A stretch of DNA of 64,000 bases from Octopus vulgaris (taxonomy: Eukaryota). Both the position numbers and the translations under genes were made by a program. Below, piece by piece: positions 1-13,470 of this stretch (the stretch's first letter is position 1; each line of letters begins with the position of its first letter). The notes under the pieces were generated by a model. That model was not told the origin of the DNA, did not search any database, and saw only the letters and a list, made by a program, of their open reading frames with translations. Location of the stretch: positions 74,586,001-74,650,000 of the forward strand of contig OX597825.1 in NCBI GenBank assembly GCA_951406725.2, given 5' to 3'.

Positions 1-300
1 ATGGAAGCTCCATACTTAACCTGAAAGTAAAATGGCTGCTGGCAACCGTGGTGATGTATTACGATTGTAAGAGCTCCCCACCTTGGATAATTTTTCTAAA
101 TGTATGTTTGTATAGTCGCTGGATCGTTTAAATATTCCCCACATGCTGCAGCTAATTAAACATTTGTTTTATGTGAAATATTCCCTTAGCCTTTTATTTA
201 TTTCTGTCATTGGACTGCAGCACCACTTAGAAGGGTTTAGTTGAACGAATCACCCCACTACTTTATCATCATCATCATCATCATCTTTATTATTGAACAC

Positions 301-486
301 AGCAAGCTGTGGACGAACTGCTTAGTGTCACTTCGTGCGTCTTTACATTCTGAGTTCAAATGCCGCCGAGGTCGACTTTGTCTTTTATCCTTTTGGAGTC
401 GATGAATTAAGTACCAGTGAAGCATTGGGTAGCTGCAATTGACTAGTTCCATCCTGCAAAATTTCAGGCCCTGTGCCTATAGTAGA

Positions 487-489
<3 letters not shown>
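301..489 (+). mobile_element. SINE family A copy (5'-degenerate), followed by (ATT)n/(AGT)n
   Basis: Contains family-A core 'ttctgagttcaaatgccgccgaggtcgactttg...gtcgatgaattaagtaccag' (B-box-like GAGTTCAAAT) shared with >20 copies in the window. Confidence 0.8.
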
Positions 490-635
<146 letters not shown>

Positions 636-831
636 AGATGGTGAGCTGGCAGAATCGTTAGCAGTTTTGAAACTCTGTCATGGTATTCAAACGCATTTTT
701 CCTGTAAAATAATTATTGCTATATACACGGGTTTTACCATTTATTTTTTTATCGAGAATAACATAGGCATCTAAGTTTATAATGGGTTCTAATAGAACTC
801 ACATAACTGAAAAATGACATTAAAAGCCAGT

Positions 832-1149
832 ATAAAAGACACCCTTCGGCCATGAATGACCATGAGATTGCACCTTGAAAGTTAACCTCCGAGGCAGAAG
901 TTCGAGCAAGATTGTCTATGGAAGACCAGCAGCCGCCCATGCATACCAGCCTCCCCTCTCCATACATCAATGTTATCCAAGGGAAAGGCAAATACATCTT
1001 GGCATCAGTAACGACGTTGCAACTCATTTCTACAGCTAAATGAACTGGAGCAACGTGAAATAAAAACATACAGCCTGATCCGGGAATCGAACTCACAACC
1101 TCATGATTGTAATCTCGACGCTCTAGCCACTGAGCCATGAGCCTTCACA
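832..1149 (-). mobile_element. SINE family C (tRNA head, CORE-like centre), near full length
   Basis: Reverse strand 'gtgaaggctcatggctcagtggctagagcg...gtgagttcgattcccgga' (A/B boxes); colinear with copies at 24761 and 56377. Confidence 0.85.
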
Positions 1150-1844
1150 TAGTCCAGCACGGGAGTAGTTTACATTATAATTATTGAAAAAAAAAAACAG
1201 AGAACTTTAAATTTATTTCCATTTAATTTCATTTTCTTCTCTTACATGATAGAAATTGACATGAGATTCTAAAAAGGGAATGTTTAGTTCTGCTCTAGTG
1301 TATCTTTTAGATATATTATGTATTCTTGAAGTATTTTCATATTTTTTCAGATATTAATATTGTTTTCTTATTTATATAATGTGTTGATATCTTTATTATT
1401 TTCCTTTTCTGTGTTATTTTCCAAACTGCATGGTTTTAAATTCTTTGTTATTTTTAAATTTCAACATCGATATTTTGATATTATTTTCAGGCCTTTATGT
1501 TATTTTCGAATCTTTGAATTTAAATTACTTTCGATCCTCAAACCGATCCGCCAATCCACCGACCTGAACTGGTAGTTTTGTTTGTTTATTTATATCGACC
1601 CCCTAAACGATGAACGACTACCACCACCACCACCACCACCACTACCACCAAACCCCACTGTCCCACCACACTCATCTTCGTATAATTTAGTTTCAAATCA
1701 CGCTATCTCAAATCTTTATTTTATGCACAGTCAGGAAGAATTAGGTTATACTGCACAGAACCTCATAGACGATGTCCATTTTTATTGGAAACAAGAAATA
1801 CTACTCATCAATATTTACCGATCTTCAACATTCCTGTACTCCCA

Positions 1845-2075
1845 GCAACATTCTGAATACTATTGATCAGCAATTGATTTATCCGGCATAATAATTTTCT
1901 TTAAATGTCGATATTTGTAAGCATCCGGAACAGAAACCCATGATCCACTATGTCTTGTAACTTTGCTGCAATCCAAGTAGAGAATGTCTGCATTTGACTT
2001 ATTTCCGGGACGTTTAATATAGAAATAAATTGGTTAAAATAAATCGCTGCCAGACCAAAACACTGTTGTCTCGGC
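1845..2075 (-). mobile_element. Decayed CR1/L2-type LINE reverse transcriptase fragment
   Basis: Manual translation gives ADILYLDCSK / DIVDHGFLFRMLTNIDI*RKLLCRINQLLINSIQNV, matching the RT motif D-x-I-YLDFSKAFD-x-V-x-H, with a frameshift and a stop. Confidence 0.6.
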
Positions 2076-3092
2076 CATTTCTTAAATTACTATTTACAAG
2101 GTTATAGGAAATTTTGGAAGAATGTTAATACCTTGAACGAATTAGATTATACATGACAGGAGAAACACGACTCATAATTACATGCAGTGACATGTTAATT
2201 TTCTTGAAGATTGAAATTACAATTGTGAGAGAAACCTTTAGGCTGTACAACTGCATAACGTTCTTCCAACTCGCCATTATACATACACAGACAATTACAC
2301 ACATGTATATGCACATATTATACATACACACATACACATACATGAAAAATATATCTATATGTGTTCATATATGAATTTGTATATATACATATGAGTGTGT
2401 GTATATGTAGTGGCTGTCTGTGTGTGTATCTGTCTGTGTATGTGTGTGTGTATGTGTGTGTGAGTATATGTGTATTTATACACAAAGATATAAATGACAA
2501 ATGAATAAGAGTGAGAAGCAAAAGAAACAAACAGATCAAAATATAACAGAAAGAAGATAAATAAATAACGCAGAGAAAGCGAAAGTTTGTAAGGGTGTGA
2601 AATATAAATTAAAAGGAAACACATCTCGCTGAAAATCTATGACATGTATGCTGTTTTACAATAACGTGATAAATATTTTGTAGGGCAAAAAATACAGAGA
2701 ATTTTCAGATTTGAATTCAAGCAGAAATAATCTCGGGACAGTATTAGAATTTTTTCTGTTAAACAAAGCCAAATGTAGTAATTAGGTAGGTGAAGAAGTG
2801 GAAAAGGACTAACATATTTAAAAACTGTTCCCTTAAGTCTCTCCCAATCTCCAAAGGTATCTAGAGTGATCTGTCGAAATTCTGTCTTTTTTTAAGAAGA
2901 AAATGTCTTTGCGATTAATGTCTCGTCCTATATTCATTCACTGTCGTTCCAGTATGTTTTTTTTTCAAAATTCTGTCTTGCCGATCTTTACTATAAAACT
3001 AGAGGGCTATGACTAGAATTTATACAGAAGCTCATAGTAGCGACTTAGGAGTAATCAACTTTGAATTAATGTAGTTTGACTCCCCCAAACAC

Positions 3093-3945
3093 TTAAGTAT
3101 TATTTCCTTTAATAAAATTCACCAAATTTGTACCTCTCATGGCGATGGGCAAAATTTGATCCTCAATTTCAGTCAGTGCTTTGTTAAAAATTGTTTCAGA
3201 GAACTGAATATTGATATCTGGGTTTGTCTGTTGAAGTGCATACTTTAAGTCCTCAGCCATGTCCTCACGATGTTTCATCCAAAGCTGTAGGAGACTGCCA
3301 ACTTGACACATGTTTAGTATAATGGAGTTACCTTGGAGAATCTGATACTGATGCTTCAGTTAATGCAAGGTACCAATACTCATTATTTTCTTAAAAAACC
3401 TTGAGAGCTTGCTTCCCTATAAGGTGCACACACATGACCATTTACCCTCTTCCAATCTTGGAAGGATTTGGGATCACATACTTCGTGCAAAAGGAATCTT
3501 AAGTAACAGTATTCTGCTTGTCTTGGCGGGGACACTGTAAACTCTTGCAAGAGCGTCAGCCGCACGTTTCTTCTGGTGCCATTTATTGTTTCTCCGGCTG
3601 TAATTCTTGGGTAATTGGGGGTAAAGGGTTTTCTTGCATCTTCATCTACCTGCCGCAATTAGAAAAGGAAAAAGTGCTTGTTGCAAGGCTGTTTGTTTTA
3701 TAAAGATAACCATGATATAAAGATAACTAGATCGATACTCAAATGAATGATGGCTGGGTACTTATCATGAATGGGAAAATTGAAGATGTGTCAAAAAACC
3801 TCATTGATACTGATGTATCTTCCTCTGTCATACTGTGCATCCTCGTCATTTTTATTTATCTGCTGATTGCCATTCTGCATAAGAGTGTATGGTGTAGCAT
3901 CTAAACCTTTCTTTATATATTTGCAAACATACTTAAGTGTAAAAA
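3093..3945 (-). mobile_element. Helitron Rep-Helicase pseudogene fragment
   Basis: KYVCKYIKKGLD...RYISINEVF*HIFNFPIH (about 3760-3935), EYCYLRFLLHEVCDPKSFQDWKRVNGHVCAPYREA, and LWMKHREDMAED...FNKALTEIEDQIL are Helitron RepHel motifs in the expected order; frameshifted. Confidence 0.85.
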
Positions 3946-3949
3946 AGTC

Positions 3950-4190
3950 TTCGATGCCTCATTGTTTCTAGGGTTGTGAGTTGATATATACAGTTATGTT
4001 TTGAGATGAGGTGTGGTGTTATATTTTGTTGACCTTAGTGTTTTTATGTCTAAGTTCTTAGCACGCTTAATTCCATCGTCTATAAGTAAGGGTGGATATT
4101 GTGTTTCAGTTAGTGTTATTCTGAGGTCTTGAAGAAGAATGTCCCAAGTAGTTCTATTTATGTTATAACTTGCTCAGGTTGTAGACATTA
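3950..4190 (-). mobile_element. Penelope-like retroelement fragment (RT-to-GIY-YIG linker)
   Basis: Manual translation LQDLRITLTETQYPPLLIDDGIKRAKNLDIKTLR...LYISTHNPRNNEA resembles the Penelope 'YP..LI' and 'PY.STHNP' region. Confidence 0.55.
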
Positions 4191-4477
4191 GTATATAGGA
4201 CAGACAACTATGACACTGAGGCGGAGAGCCACTAAAATACGAAATTACTATAACTTTAATGACGTGATTAGCGAAAGCAAAACCCCTCGACAAACACAAC
4301 ATAAAATTCATTTTAAAATATATTAAAACTATGTAAAGTGTGCATATTTTCCTTCATTTATTTCTTATATATATTTTTGCATAAACAGCTCACTACGTGG
4401 GGATAATCGAAATTATCTCCCTTCTGTTAATTCGATTATCTCCCTTCTGTTACTATAAATATATATATATATATATA

Positions 4478-4642
4478 CTACGGGTTTCTTTCAGTTTCCG
4501 TCCATCAAATACGCTCATAAGGTCTTGGGCGGCCAGAGGCTATAGTACAAGGCACTTGCCCAAGGTGTTACGCAGTGGGACTGAACCCGGAGTCATGTGG
4601 TTCGGGAGCAAGCTTCTTACCACACAGCCACTCCGGCGCCTA
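4478..4642 (-). mobile_element. SINE family B, 5' half
   Basis: Reverse 'aggcgccggagtggctgtgtggtaagaagc...ccgggttcagtcccactgcg...ccttgggcaagtg' (tRNA-like head plus CORE-like CCTTGGGCAAGT). Confidence 0.85.
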
Positions 4643-4853
4643 TGTATATACATACATGAAATATATATAAATCTTATGTGCATGTGTGTGTGTGTAAGAG
4701 TGTGTGTGTCTGTGTATGTAAACATATCAGTATATAGATTCTTTCATATATTTGTATGTTTGTAGATGCCCATTTTGTATTTTCTTGTAACTCAGTAAAT
4801 CAATTACATTTCACTACTTCATTACGACCAAAATAGAAATATATACATACATA

Positions 4854-4893
<40 letters not shown>

Positions 4894-4898
<5 letters not shown>

Positions 4899-5500
4899 CG
4901 ATTAGAGGTTAGATAAGCCTCATTAAGAGATAGTAATATCCAATGAATCACTAGTTTATTACCTAAAATTTGCTGTGAATATTAATTATAATACTCATGA
5001 ATAATAGGTAATTAGACAAACTAAGGTTTATATTTATTGAAGAAAAATAAGAAAATGGAGATAAATCAATTAATAAGTATACTTATTAACTGCAAAAGTA
5101 AACATAATCTCTTGCTGCTGCTTCGATTCGTACTTTAAAGATTATAATTATGATAATTAAATCATTTCATAAAGCAGGATCTCGTCAGAGGCAGAAAAAA
5201 GATATACCGTTATGTTATTAGGTGTTAAGTATACGAAACATTACAGAAAACTGAGTATTGTTATATGGAAAATTTTAGTATTAAACTTTTAAGTGGGGGC
5301 ATAGGGTGTAATTTAGAGAGAAATTAAATATAAATTAATATACTCTGGGTAATAGAAGGTTTACAGATAGATAATAGATAGTAATTTACCATGCAAGTTT
5401 CGTATTAATATTGCGGTAAATATAATTTTAACTTGTTATTATAGGAGTAGGTAATAAGTAGAAGTTATTAATAGTCAAAAATACTTAGCCAATAAGTTAA
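4894..5500 (-). mobile_element. AT-rich repeat adjoining (TA)n; probable Penelope-like pseudo-LTR with a decayed hammerhead motif
   Basis: Shares 'tttatctccattttcttatt' and a GAAAC-AGCT-GTA-like segment with 27851-27945; CTGACGA core at 5182-5188 on the minus strand. Confidence 0.4.
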
Positions 5501-5700
5501 GTACACATTCATGTATATATATGTGTATATATTCTTTTATTTTTTATTTCTTTCAGCTATTTGATTGTGACCATGCTGTAGCACTGCATTTAGTCGAGCA
5601 ATCGACCCCAGGACTTATTATTCGTATGACTAGCACTTATTTGGTAAATAACAGAGTTTATTTCGGCTGCCCTCGTCTGCGCCACATGTCAGGCTCTTGG

Positions 5701-5737
<37 letters not shown>

Positions 5738-6143
5738 TTGCGTGTCATATATATATATATATATTAATATATATGTGTGTGTGCGTGCGTGTTTGTGTAT
5801 ATATATCTTAATACTAAAGCTCCAGAGATGTTCGTTTGTACCCGAAATATCTCAGAAATAGTACATTTTGTCTTAAATGTTTTCCATATTTATTTTTATA
5901 CTTACCTTCGGCAGCGCATGACAAATTTTTGTGATATTTGCACCGCTATTTATTAATAAAAATGATTAAACACAAATTTTGTTTGTTTATTTCTTGGTGA
6001 AAACAAAACAGCTCCCGTGACTTCAACACTTATACAATACACATACACACATATAATGAATGTCATGGCGTGTTAATCAGCACAAACACACGTCCGCTAT
6101 CTGTGACATATACACGCACATAGTTTTCACGCTCTCTAAGAAA

Positions 6144-7300
6144 TATTAGGTTGTCAAGAAAGTTCTTGCGGTTTTTAACCTTTAAATTCAGATTACACAT
6201 ATCTCGGCTCAAACAAAACTTTATTATCGTAACAAATACCATCAGAATCAATACACTTTTGCCAACACAAAACAATTTTATGTTCCCAGTAGCGTAAAAA
6301 TCCTTCCTTCTGGTGGCGAGGAAGTCGCTGAAGGCGTGTTTGGCATCGTCTTGGTTTTTGAAGCATTTCTCACTCAGGAAGTTGTCGAGATGCTGGAAAA
6401 GTGGTAGTCGGTAGGCAAGAGGTCTGGTGAGTATGGCGGATGAGGCAGAGTTTCGAAGCCCATTTGTTAAATTTCTGCAGGGTCAGTTGTGCCACGTACG
6501 GCCGAGCATTGTCGTGGAGAAGAATTGGTCAGTTTCTATTGACCAAGGCTGGCTGTTATTGTCGGAGATTCTTATGCATTTCATCCATTTGATGTCAGTA
6601 CTTCTTTGCCGTAATGGTTTCGCCTGGATCCAAAAAGCTGTGATGGATGAGACCGGCCGTAGACCACCAAACAGTCACCGTGACTTCTTCGGTGCAACTG
6701 TGACTTCGGGAAGTGCCGTAGAGCTTCGTCGGCGTCCAATCACTGAACTTAGCGTCGCCGATTGTCGTAAAGTATCCACTTTTCATCGCAAGTGACAATC
6801 CGGTCGAGAAAAGGGTCGTTCTTGTTGCGTAAAAGAAGAGAGGACAACACTTCAAAACGGCGGGGGTTTTTTTGTTTTTGTTTTTTTGGTTGTCGTTCAA
6901 TTTGTGCGGCACCCATTTCTGAAGACATTTTGCTTTTCCAATCTGTTTCAAATGGTTGGAAATTGTCGTACACGTCAGGTCTAATTCAGAAGCAAGCTCT
7001 CGAACAGTTGTGCGTAGATTGGCTTCGAATAAGGCTTTTAGTTGAACGTTGCCAACATCCGATGGCCGACCACTACGCTTATCATCTTAAAGACTCTCGT
7101 CACCGCTACGAAATTTCTTGAACCACCTTGTGCTGTACGTTCATTATTGATTTCTGGGCCAAACGCATCGTTGATATTGCAAGCTGTTTCAGCAGCTTTT
7201 CGACCTAGCTTGAACTGGAATAAGAAAACTGTACAAATTTGCTTTTTGTCCATGTTGTGTTCAACGTTCCGGAAAAAAATCGCCTAATTATTCAAAAAGA
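6144..7300 (-). mobile_element. Mariner (DD34D, Hsmar1/cecropia-like) transposon, frameshifted transposase, one TIR
   Basis: MDKKQICTVFLFQFKLGRKAAET, WVPHKL, TCDEKWILYDNRRR, HDNARP, HPPYSPDLLPTDYHFFQHLDNFL; TA plus TIR 'ttaggttgtcaagaaagttcttgcggtttt' at 6144-6175; second TIR not seen. Confidence 0.93.
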
Positions 7301-7367
7301 AAAAAATTAACACGATTAGATAGAGCGAAAAACGGGCTTTAAAATGATATATAAAGTCAAAGTAATT

Positions 7368-7443
7368 TATGTTTGTGTGTGTGTATGTGTGTATATATAT
7401 GTGTGTGTGTGTATATATGTATATACGTATATATGTATGTATG

Positions 7444-7474
<31 letters not shown>

Positions 7475-7589
7475 ATATGTATATATATATGTATGCGTGT
7501 AAAAATATATATGCATATATATATGTGTGTGTGTGTTGTATATATATATATATAAAACATATATATACATGCATATGTATATATATATT

Positions 7590-7644
<55 letters not shown>

Positions 7645-7837
7645 ACATACATATATATACATATATATATATATGTATATATATATACATGTATACATAT
7701 ATATATGTATACATATACATACATATATATATGTATACATTCATATATCATACGGGTATGCACACAATATTCACTATGCAAGTATAAATGCATTTATGTG
7801 CGCATATGATATCATTTGTACATTAGTATACATGTGC

Positions 7838-7912
<75 letters not shown>
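7368..7912. repeat. (TA)n/(TG)n compound microsatellite
   Basis: Directly visible. Confidence 0.95.
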
Positions 7913-7913
<1 letters not shown>

Positions 7914-8603
7914 ATACACATTTGATATTTAAATCGACTCTTTTTCTTTATCTATGTAATAGCTTCCAATTCAATTAGCTAACAGGAAAATGTTCCACGG
8001 CATATTTAAATCCCACATAAGTTAATGTAAGCTAATACAAATCCAAAATATGCTTGGCAGAGATAATGAACCGTAATTAGATTTACATAACTCAATACTG
8101 TTCGATACTGTTGACTATTTTGTTAATAAACTTTACTCAGTATTCTTTACTCGTTGTGAGAAGATGCTGGAAATGGATATAGATTTTCATTTATTCCGTA
8201 TTTAATTGAAATTAATGATTTGTAGCGCTGTTGCCCTTTTATTACGAGAATTATATCTATTAAGTTTCTTCTCACAACAAACATTATAATCTAAATGAAT
8301 TCTGGTTTCGTGCGCTTAAGAATTCTTGTGTTTTGTGTTTTATCTCGTTTTGTCCATTTACTATTTGATATTATCTTACCCAGCAATACAACTGCATACG
8401 AAGCAACTTGGAGACCCATGCATGGTTGCTGCGCTTTATTGCTATAAAGAAATAGAAGCACAATTTGCATGTGAAATGCCAGGGAGAAGTATAAAACTGG
8501 AATTACATAAGAACCCTTTTTCCTGGACCTGTTTGATCATGGCTACTCTAGGATGACACAATACAACCACAAATGAAATTACATAGCTACAGCTTTTCAG
8601 CAT

Positions 8604-8853
8604 TGCGACATTTATATGAATACAGTGTATAACGATGTAGCTGTTAGTCTGCGTTTTCAGCCATTACAAGCATGCAATGATTCTTTGATGTGGTCACACC
8701 ACTTGCTAGAAATAGCAGCATGATCTTTCTCTGCGACATTTATATGAATACACTGTATAACGATGTACCTGTCAGTCTACGTTTTCGGTCATTACAAGCA
8801 TGCAAAGTTTCTCTTATGTGGTCACACCACTTGCTAGAAATAGCAGCATGATC
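8604..8853. repeat. 128-bp tandem duplication (2 diverged copies)
   Basis: 'tgcgacatttatatgaatac...ctagaaatagcagcatgatc' starts at 8604 and at 8732. Confidence 0.9.
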
Positions 8854-9149
8854 ATTCTCAAATAACAGCCTACTGTTCTTTAGAAATGGAATGACATGTT
8901 AGTTAACGTACACCTCAGCTGATTATCTCTGAAAAGTAAAGATAGGATGATATCGTTTGGAAAACGTTTAAACATAAATTTGCTGGATAAAAGTTGATTT
9001 GAGATGAAACAACGAGACTATAACTCTAGATTATGTATGAAACGTGTTTCATATAAACACAAGCGATTTAATACCATAAAGTTACCGTTTGATCTACGTC
9101 GGTACGATAAATATATATTCAAAGGAGATCAGAACAAAAAGAGGGCAAT

Positions 9150-9365
9150 AATGATGACAAAGATGATGATGATGATGATGATGAGGAGGAGGAGGAGGAG
9201 GAAGATGGTGGTGATGATGATCATGATCATGATGATCATGATGATGAGGATAATGATGATGATGGTGGTGGTGGTGGTGGTGGTGGTGGTGGTGGTGATG
9301 ATGATGAGGATGATGATGAACTCGGTGGTGGTGGCGGCAGCGGCATCATCATCATCATCATCATA

Positions 9366-9429
<64 letters not shown>

Positions 9430-9497
9430 AGGATAGTGATGATGGTGATGATGATGATGACGTCGACGGCGACGACGATGACGACGACTATGATGAT
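9150..9497. repeat. Compound trinucleotide repeat (ATG/AGG/GTG/ATC/GCA/GTA/GAC)
   Basis: Directly visible. Confidence 0.9.
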
Positions 9498-11766
9498 ACT
9501 TTCTAACATAATCCTTAATAATAATATAAAATGACAAAGAAGAATGCGCAGTCAATTTATGACGTTGTAGAGTCGAGTGGGTGTAGAGATGATGACGTTA
9601 CAGAGAGTCATCTTTTGTCAAGATAAGTGGAAAGGAAAGCGAAAGAATAAAAATTGAAGAAGGATTTTTTAAAAATCATTGAGAAAAAGGCAAATGTGAA
9701 GCATGCTAAACAATGGTAAGAGGAAGAAAGTAGAATCAAGGTTTTGAACAGAGAATATCGGAAGTTCTCTCGTAGAAATAAACGTTTCGGACGTATAGTA
9801 AAGTGTGCATAAGCTATGAAGTGTATACATGTGTACATGTGAGAGAGTGAGCGACAGAGCACAGAGAATCAGTAGGTGAGAATTATTATGTGCAAAGGCA
9901 GACGAGTGTATATGTGTGTAATATTGAGAGAATTGAGTATGTGAGAAGTAGTTGTAGGTGTGAATAAGAAATAATAATATAAAGCCTAGACACCCCCACC
10001 CACACACACACTCATTGCCTTTCAATTGTGTGTATGTGTATCTATGTGTGTGCATGAGTGTGTATTGGTGTTTGTGTGTGTGTGTGTGTGTGATTGTTGA
10101 AGTTGTGTTTGGAAACTGTGAATAAGGTACAAGTTTCGAGTAGTCGTTGGTAACTTATTGTTTTTTTTCTCCTCGTCTTCTAAAAGTAATTACCCAGCTT
10201 TCTAGGCTCTTCTCACAGCTATCCTGCGTTAAAAAATTATACGGGTATTTTTTTTTTTATTTTCATTCAATAAATAATGTTTTTACATTACGTGTACATT
10301 AATAGCGAATTCAATCTTAAAAGAGAAAGTCTGAGACTTCATAAATGAAAGTGGAATGCTCTGCAGTGAATGCAATGAATATTTAAATTTGTGATGAATT
10401 GGACGCAGTGAATATTTAAATTTGCGAGAAATTGGAGATTTAAAAATTCAGTAAACTTGAGAAATCGAAATTATAGGGAATTTCTTAAAACCTGAATTTA
10501 TAAAAATATTTCCAGACGGTCAACCCTTTAATAATTGCTTTCTTTTAGTTCTTTTAGTAATTGTTATATACCCAATTGATAAGCAGCTTTCTCCATTATA
10601 ATATAGATATAACACGAGCACAAGAACACAAAACTGTCGTGAGAGTATAAGTGATTAAATCGGTTCAGTATATTGCTGCAACGCCAATAAGCGAATACCG
10701 AACAAATCACTTCCTACTGTCTTAAAAAAGTGAATACACATTAAATCAGCATTTAATAGATACCCCTGTTTCTTAAGGTAAAATATCTCTTAATAAAATT
10801 TAATATTAAATCATTCCATAAAAATTATATTCTCCATTTTAAAATATTAACTTATTATGTCATGCTTCCAATATTAATGTATCCTTCTCTCTCTTTCTCC
10901 CTCTGTCTCTCTCTCTCTCTCAATCACACACTCTCTTTCTCTCTCTCTCTCTCTTCCTTTCTCTATTACGGTTTTAGGATGGTGAGGATTGTTCTTAAAA
11001 CATAGATGTAAGTTCCATGATTTTTTAACAGAAATTTGTATGAAAGCCGCGACAAAATAAATTTAAGAAACTGTATTTAATAATACAAACGTAAATACAT
11101 TATAATTGGATACAAAGACTGAACAGTCACTGCGCTCTATCTTTCATCTTAGATCTACTTGATCAGGTATGAACTAGCACTATGAACAACAAGAACAAAT
11201 GGTACTTATTCATTGGAGATGATGAAACACAAAGTAAACCCGTGTGGGATCAAATTAATTAATTCATTAAAAATATAAAAATAAGTAATTAAACCGATTA
11301 ATTTTATTCTATGCGGACTAAAATATCAATACTGAAACAATATCATAAAGAAAAAAAAAATCGTCATCGTTTGTAAATTAAAACTCCCTGTTATCAACAC
11401 AAAATAATTTTCTTCTGATATGATATCTAGTTTATATTTTAAAGGATATCTTCCTTTATTTACTGTTTATGTGGAATGTTATTTTGTCATGTTTGTTTCA
11501 GTTTTAATTTTTTGGTTTTGTTTGTTTTATTTCTTAACATTTTATATAATTTTGTGTTGCAAAATTTGAATCACATTATATCTTTGGAGAAATTTCAACG
11601 CCCTGAGGAAATATTTTCAGAATGAATCGTTTCAATCTTAACAGAATACTTTCTATATCCACGTAAAACACACATATACACATACATGCGTGCGCATGTA
11701 CAAATATGCAAACACATACACAAATTAAATTGTGTGCTTAAAACGAGCATATACATACTTACTACT

Positions 11767-11934
11767 ACTCTCTTTACTCTTTTACTCTTTTACTTGTTTC
11801 AGTCATTTGACTGCGGCCATGCTGGAGCACCGCATTTAGTTATTATGTCATGCTTCCAATATTAATGTATCCTTCTCTCTCTTTCTCCCTCTATTTTTCT
11901 CTCCCTCTGTCTCTCTCTCTCTCTCAATCACACA

Positions 11935-11966
<32 letters not shown>

Positions 11967-12143
11967 TCCTTTCTCTATTACGGTTTTAGGATCGACCCCG
12001 GAACCTATTCTTTGTCAGCCTAGTACTTATTCTATCGGTCTCTTTTGCCGAACCACTAAGTTACAGGGATATAAACACAGCAGCATCGGCTGTCAAGCAA
12101 TGTTAGGGGGACAAACACAGACACACAAACATATACACACACG

Positions 12144-12215
<72 letters not shown>

Positions 12216-12336
12216 TAAATTAGAGATAAAACCACTATTAGGCAAATCATACAATGAAAAACTTAAGCCAATACATAAGATTAATTAATTTATATTATTT
12301 TAAATATATATCAAAATTATTAAAAAAAGATAATTA

Positions 12337-12403
<67 letters not shown>

Positions 12404-12569
12404 TACGACGGGCTTCTTTCAGTTTCCGTCTACCAAAACCACTCACAAGGCTTTGGTCGGCCCGAGGCTATAGTAGAAGACACTTGCCAAGGTGCCACGC
12501 TATGTCACTGAACCCGGAACCATGTGGTTGGTAAGCAAGCTACTTACCACACAGCCACTCCTGCGCCTA
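11767..12569 (-). mobile_element. SINE family B, full length, with two nested insertions
   Basis: Head at 12569, (AAGAGTA)-type tail at 11767; interrupted by 11840-11992 (copy of 10852-10980) and by an AT-rich piece at about 12211-12337 inside its internal (TA)n. Confidence 0.9.
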
Positions 12570-12959
12570 TTCTGTATTATTTTGTTTTGCTTTTGTTGTC
12601 GTTTGGTTTGTTGCTGTTGCTGTTTAGCCCTGCATCGATTCTCACCGATCAGACAAACCATCAAAAACGTTCCTACAGTAACTAAAATAAACATTCTTTA
12701 TTGAAGACATGGGTGATTACGGTGCTATGTTTGATATAAAGGAATCCGACGTGAAATCTGAGATTCAGAAATTTTTTCCGGAAAGCTTTCTTATGACGTA
12801 TTATTCTCTTACAGCGTTGAAATGTTTCATGATGATGTCACTAGAGCTGCTGCTGTTCTGAGATTTATAATAGAAAGGCAAAGCGATGAAATGGAGTTTT
12901 GATGTTGGTATTAATTATGAACTTGATACAAGTACTGGCTTAATAGAAACATGGGTACA

Positions 12960-13470
12960 TCAGATACAATGTTTTGCTGGGTTTGTTCTGACCCTCTACG
13001 TACTGTGTTCAAATACCGTCGGAATCATCTAGACCTGTCGTCGTTGTGGGTTCGATAAGAGTATAGTTCTCTCCCAGTTCTGGAGTCGATATAACCGACT
13101 ATACCACTCCCCTAAGTATTGGTTTCAAATTTTAGCACTAGATCATCAAATTCAGAGGTCGGGTAAGTTGATTTCATTAAACCCAGCGCTCAACAGGTAC
13201 GTATTTTATCGATCTTTATAAGATGAAAGCCAGAGGTCGACCTCTGCGGAGTATGGAGTCAGAACGTAAAAACGGTGAATTAACCGAATTCTTAGAGCGT
13301 TGGATTAAATGTATAGAAACATTTATTCTGACTCTTTACTTTCTAAGTTCAAACCCGCCGAGAACTATTTCTCGGTTATCCTTTTGAGTCGATAAAATAT
13401 ATACCAATCACGTGCTGAGGTCGACACACTCGAGTTTCTTTTCTTCAAAATTTGAATTTTTGTATCTAAT
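12960..13470. mobile_element. Cluster of three old SINE-A copies (+, -, +)
   Basis: Degenerate cores 'gtgttcaaataccgtcgg', reverse 'ttctgactccatactccgcagaggtcgac', and 'aagttcaaacccgccgag'. Confidence 0.6.

Noticed and set aside
5805-6000. Possible Helitron 5' end (A|TC...)
   Set aside because: No matching 3' hairpin/CTRR found, and orientation does not fit the minus-strand RepHel fragment
7284-7978. Long ORFs rich in Y/I/H/T/C/V (also near 18k, 26.8k, 47.4k, 52.4k, 62.7k)
   Set aside because: Translations of (TA)n/(CA)n microsatellites, which lack stops in several frames
9004-9555. Homopolymeric ORFs suggesting a low-complexity protein exon
   Set aside because: Compound trinucleotide microsatellite; flanks are not coding-like
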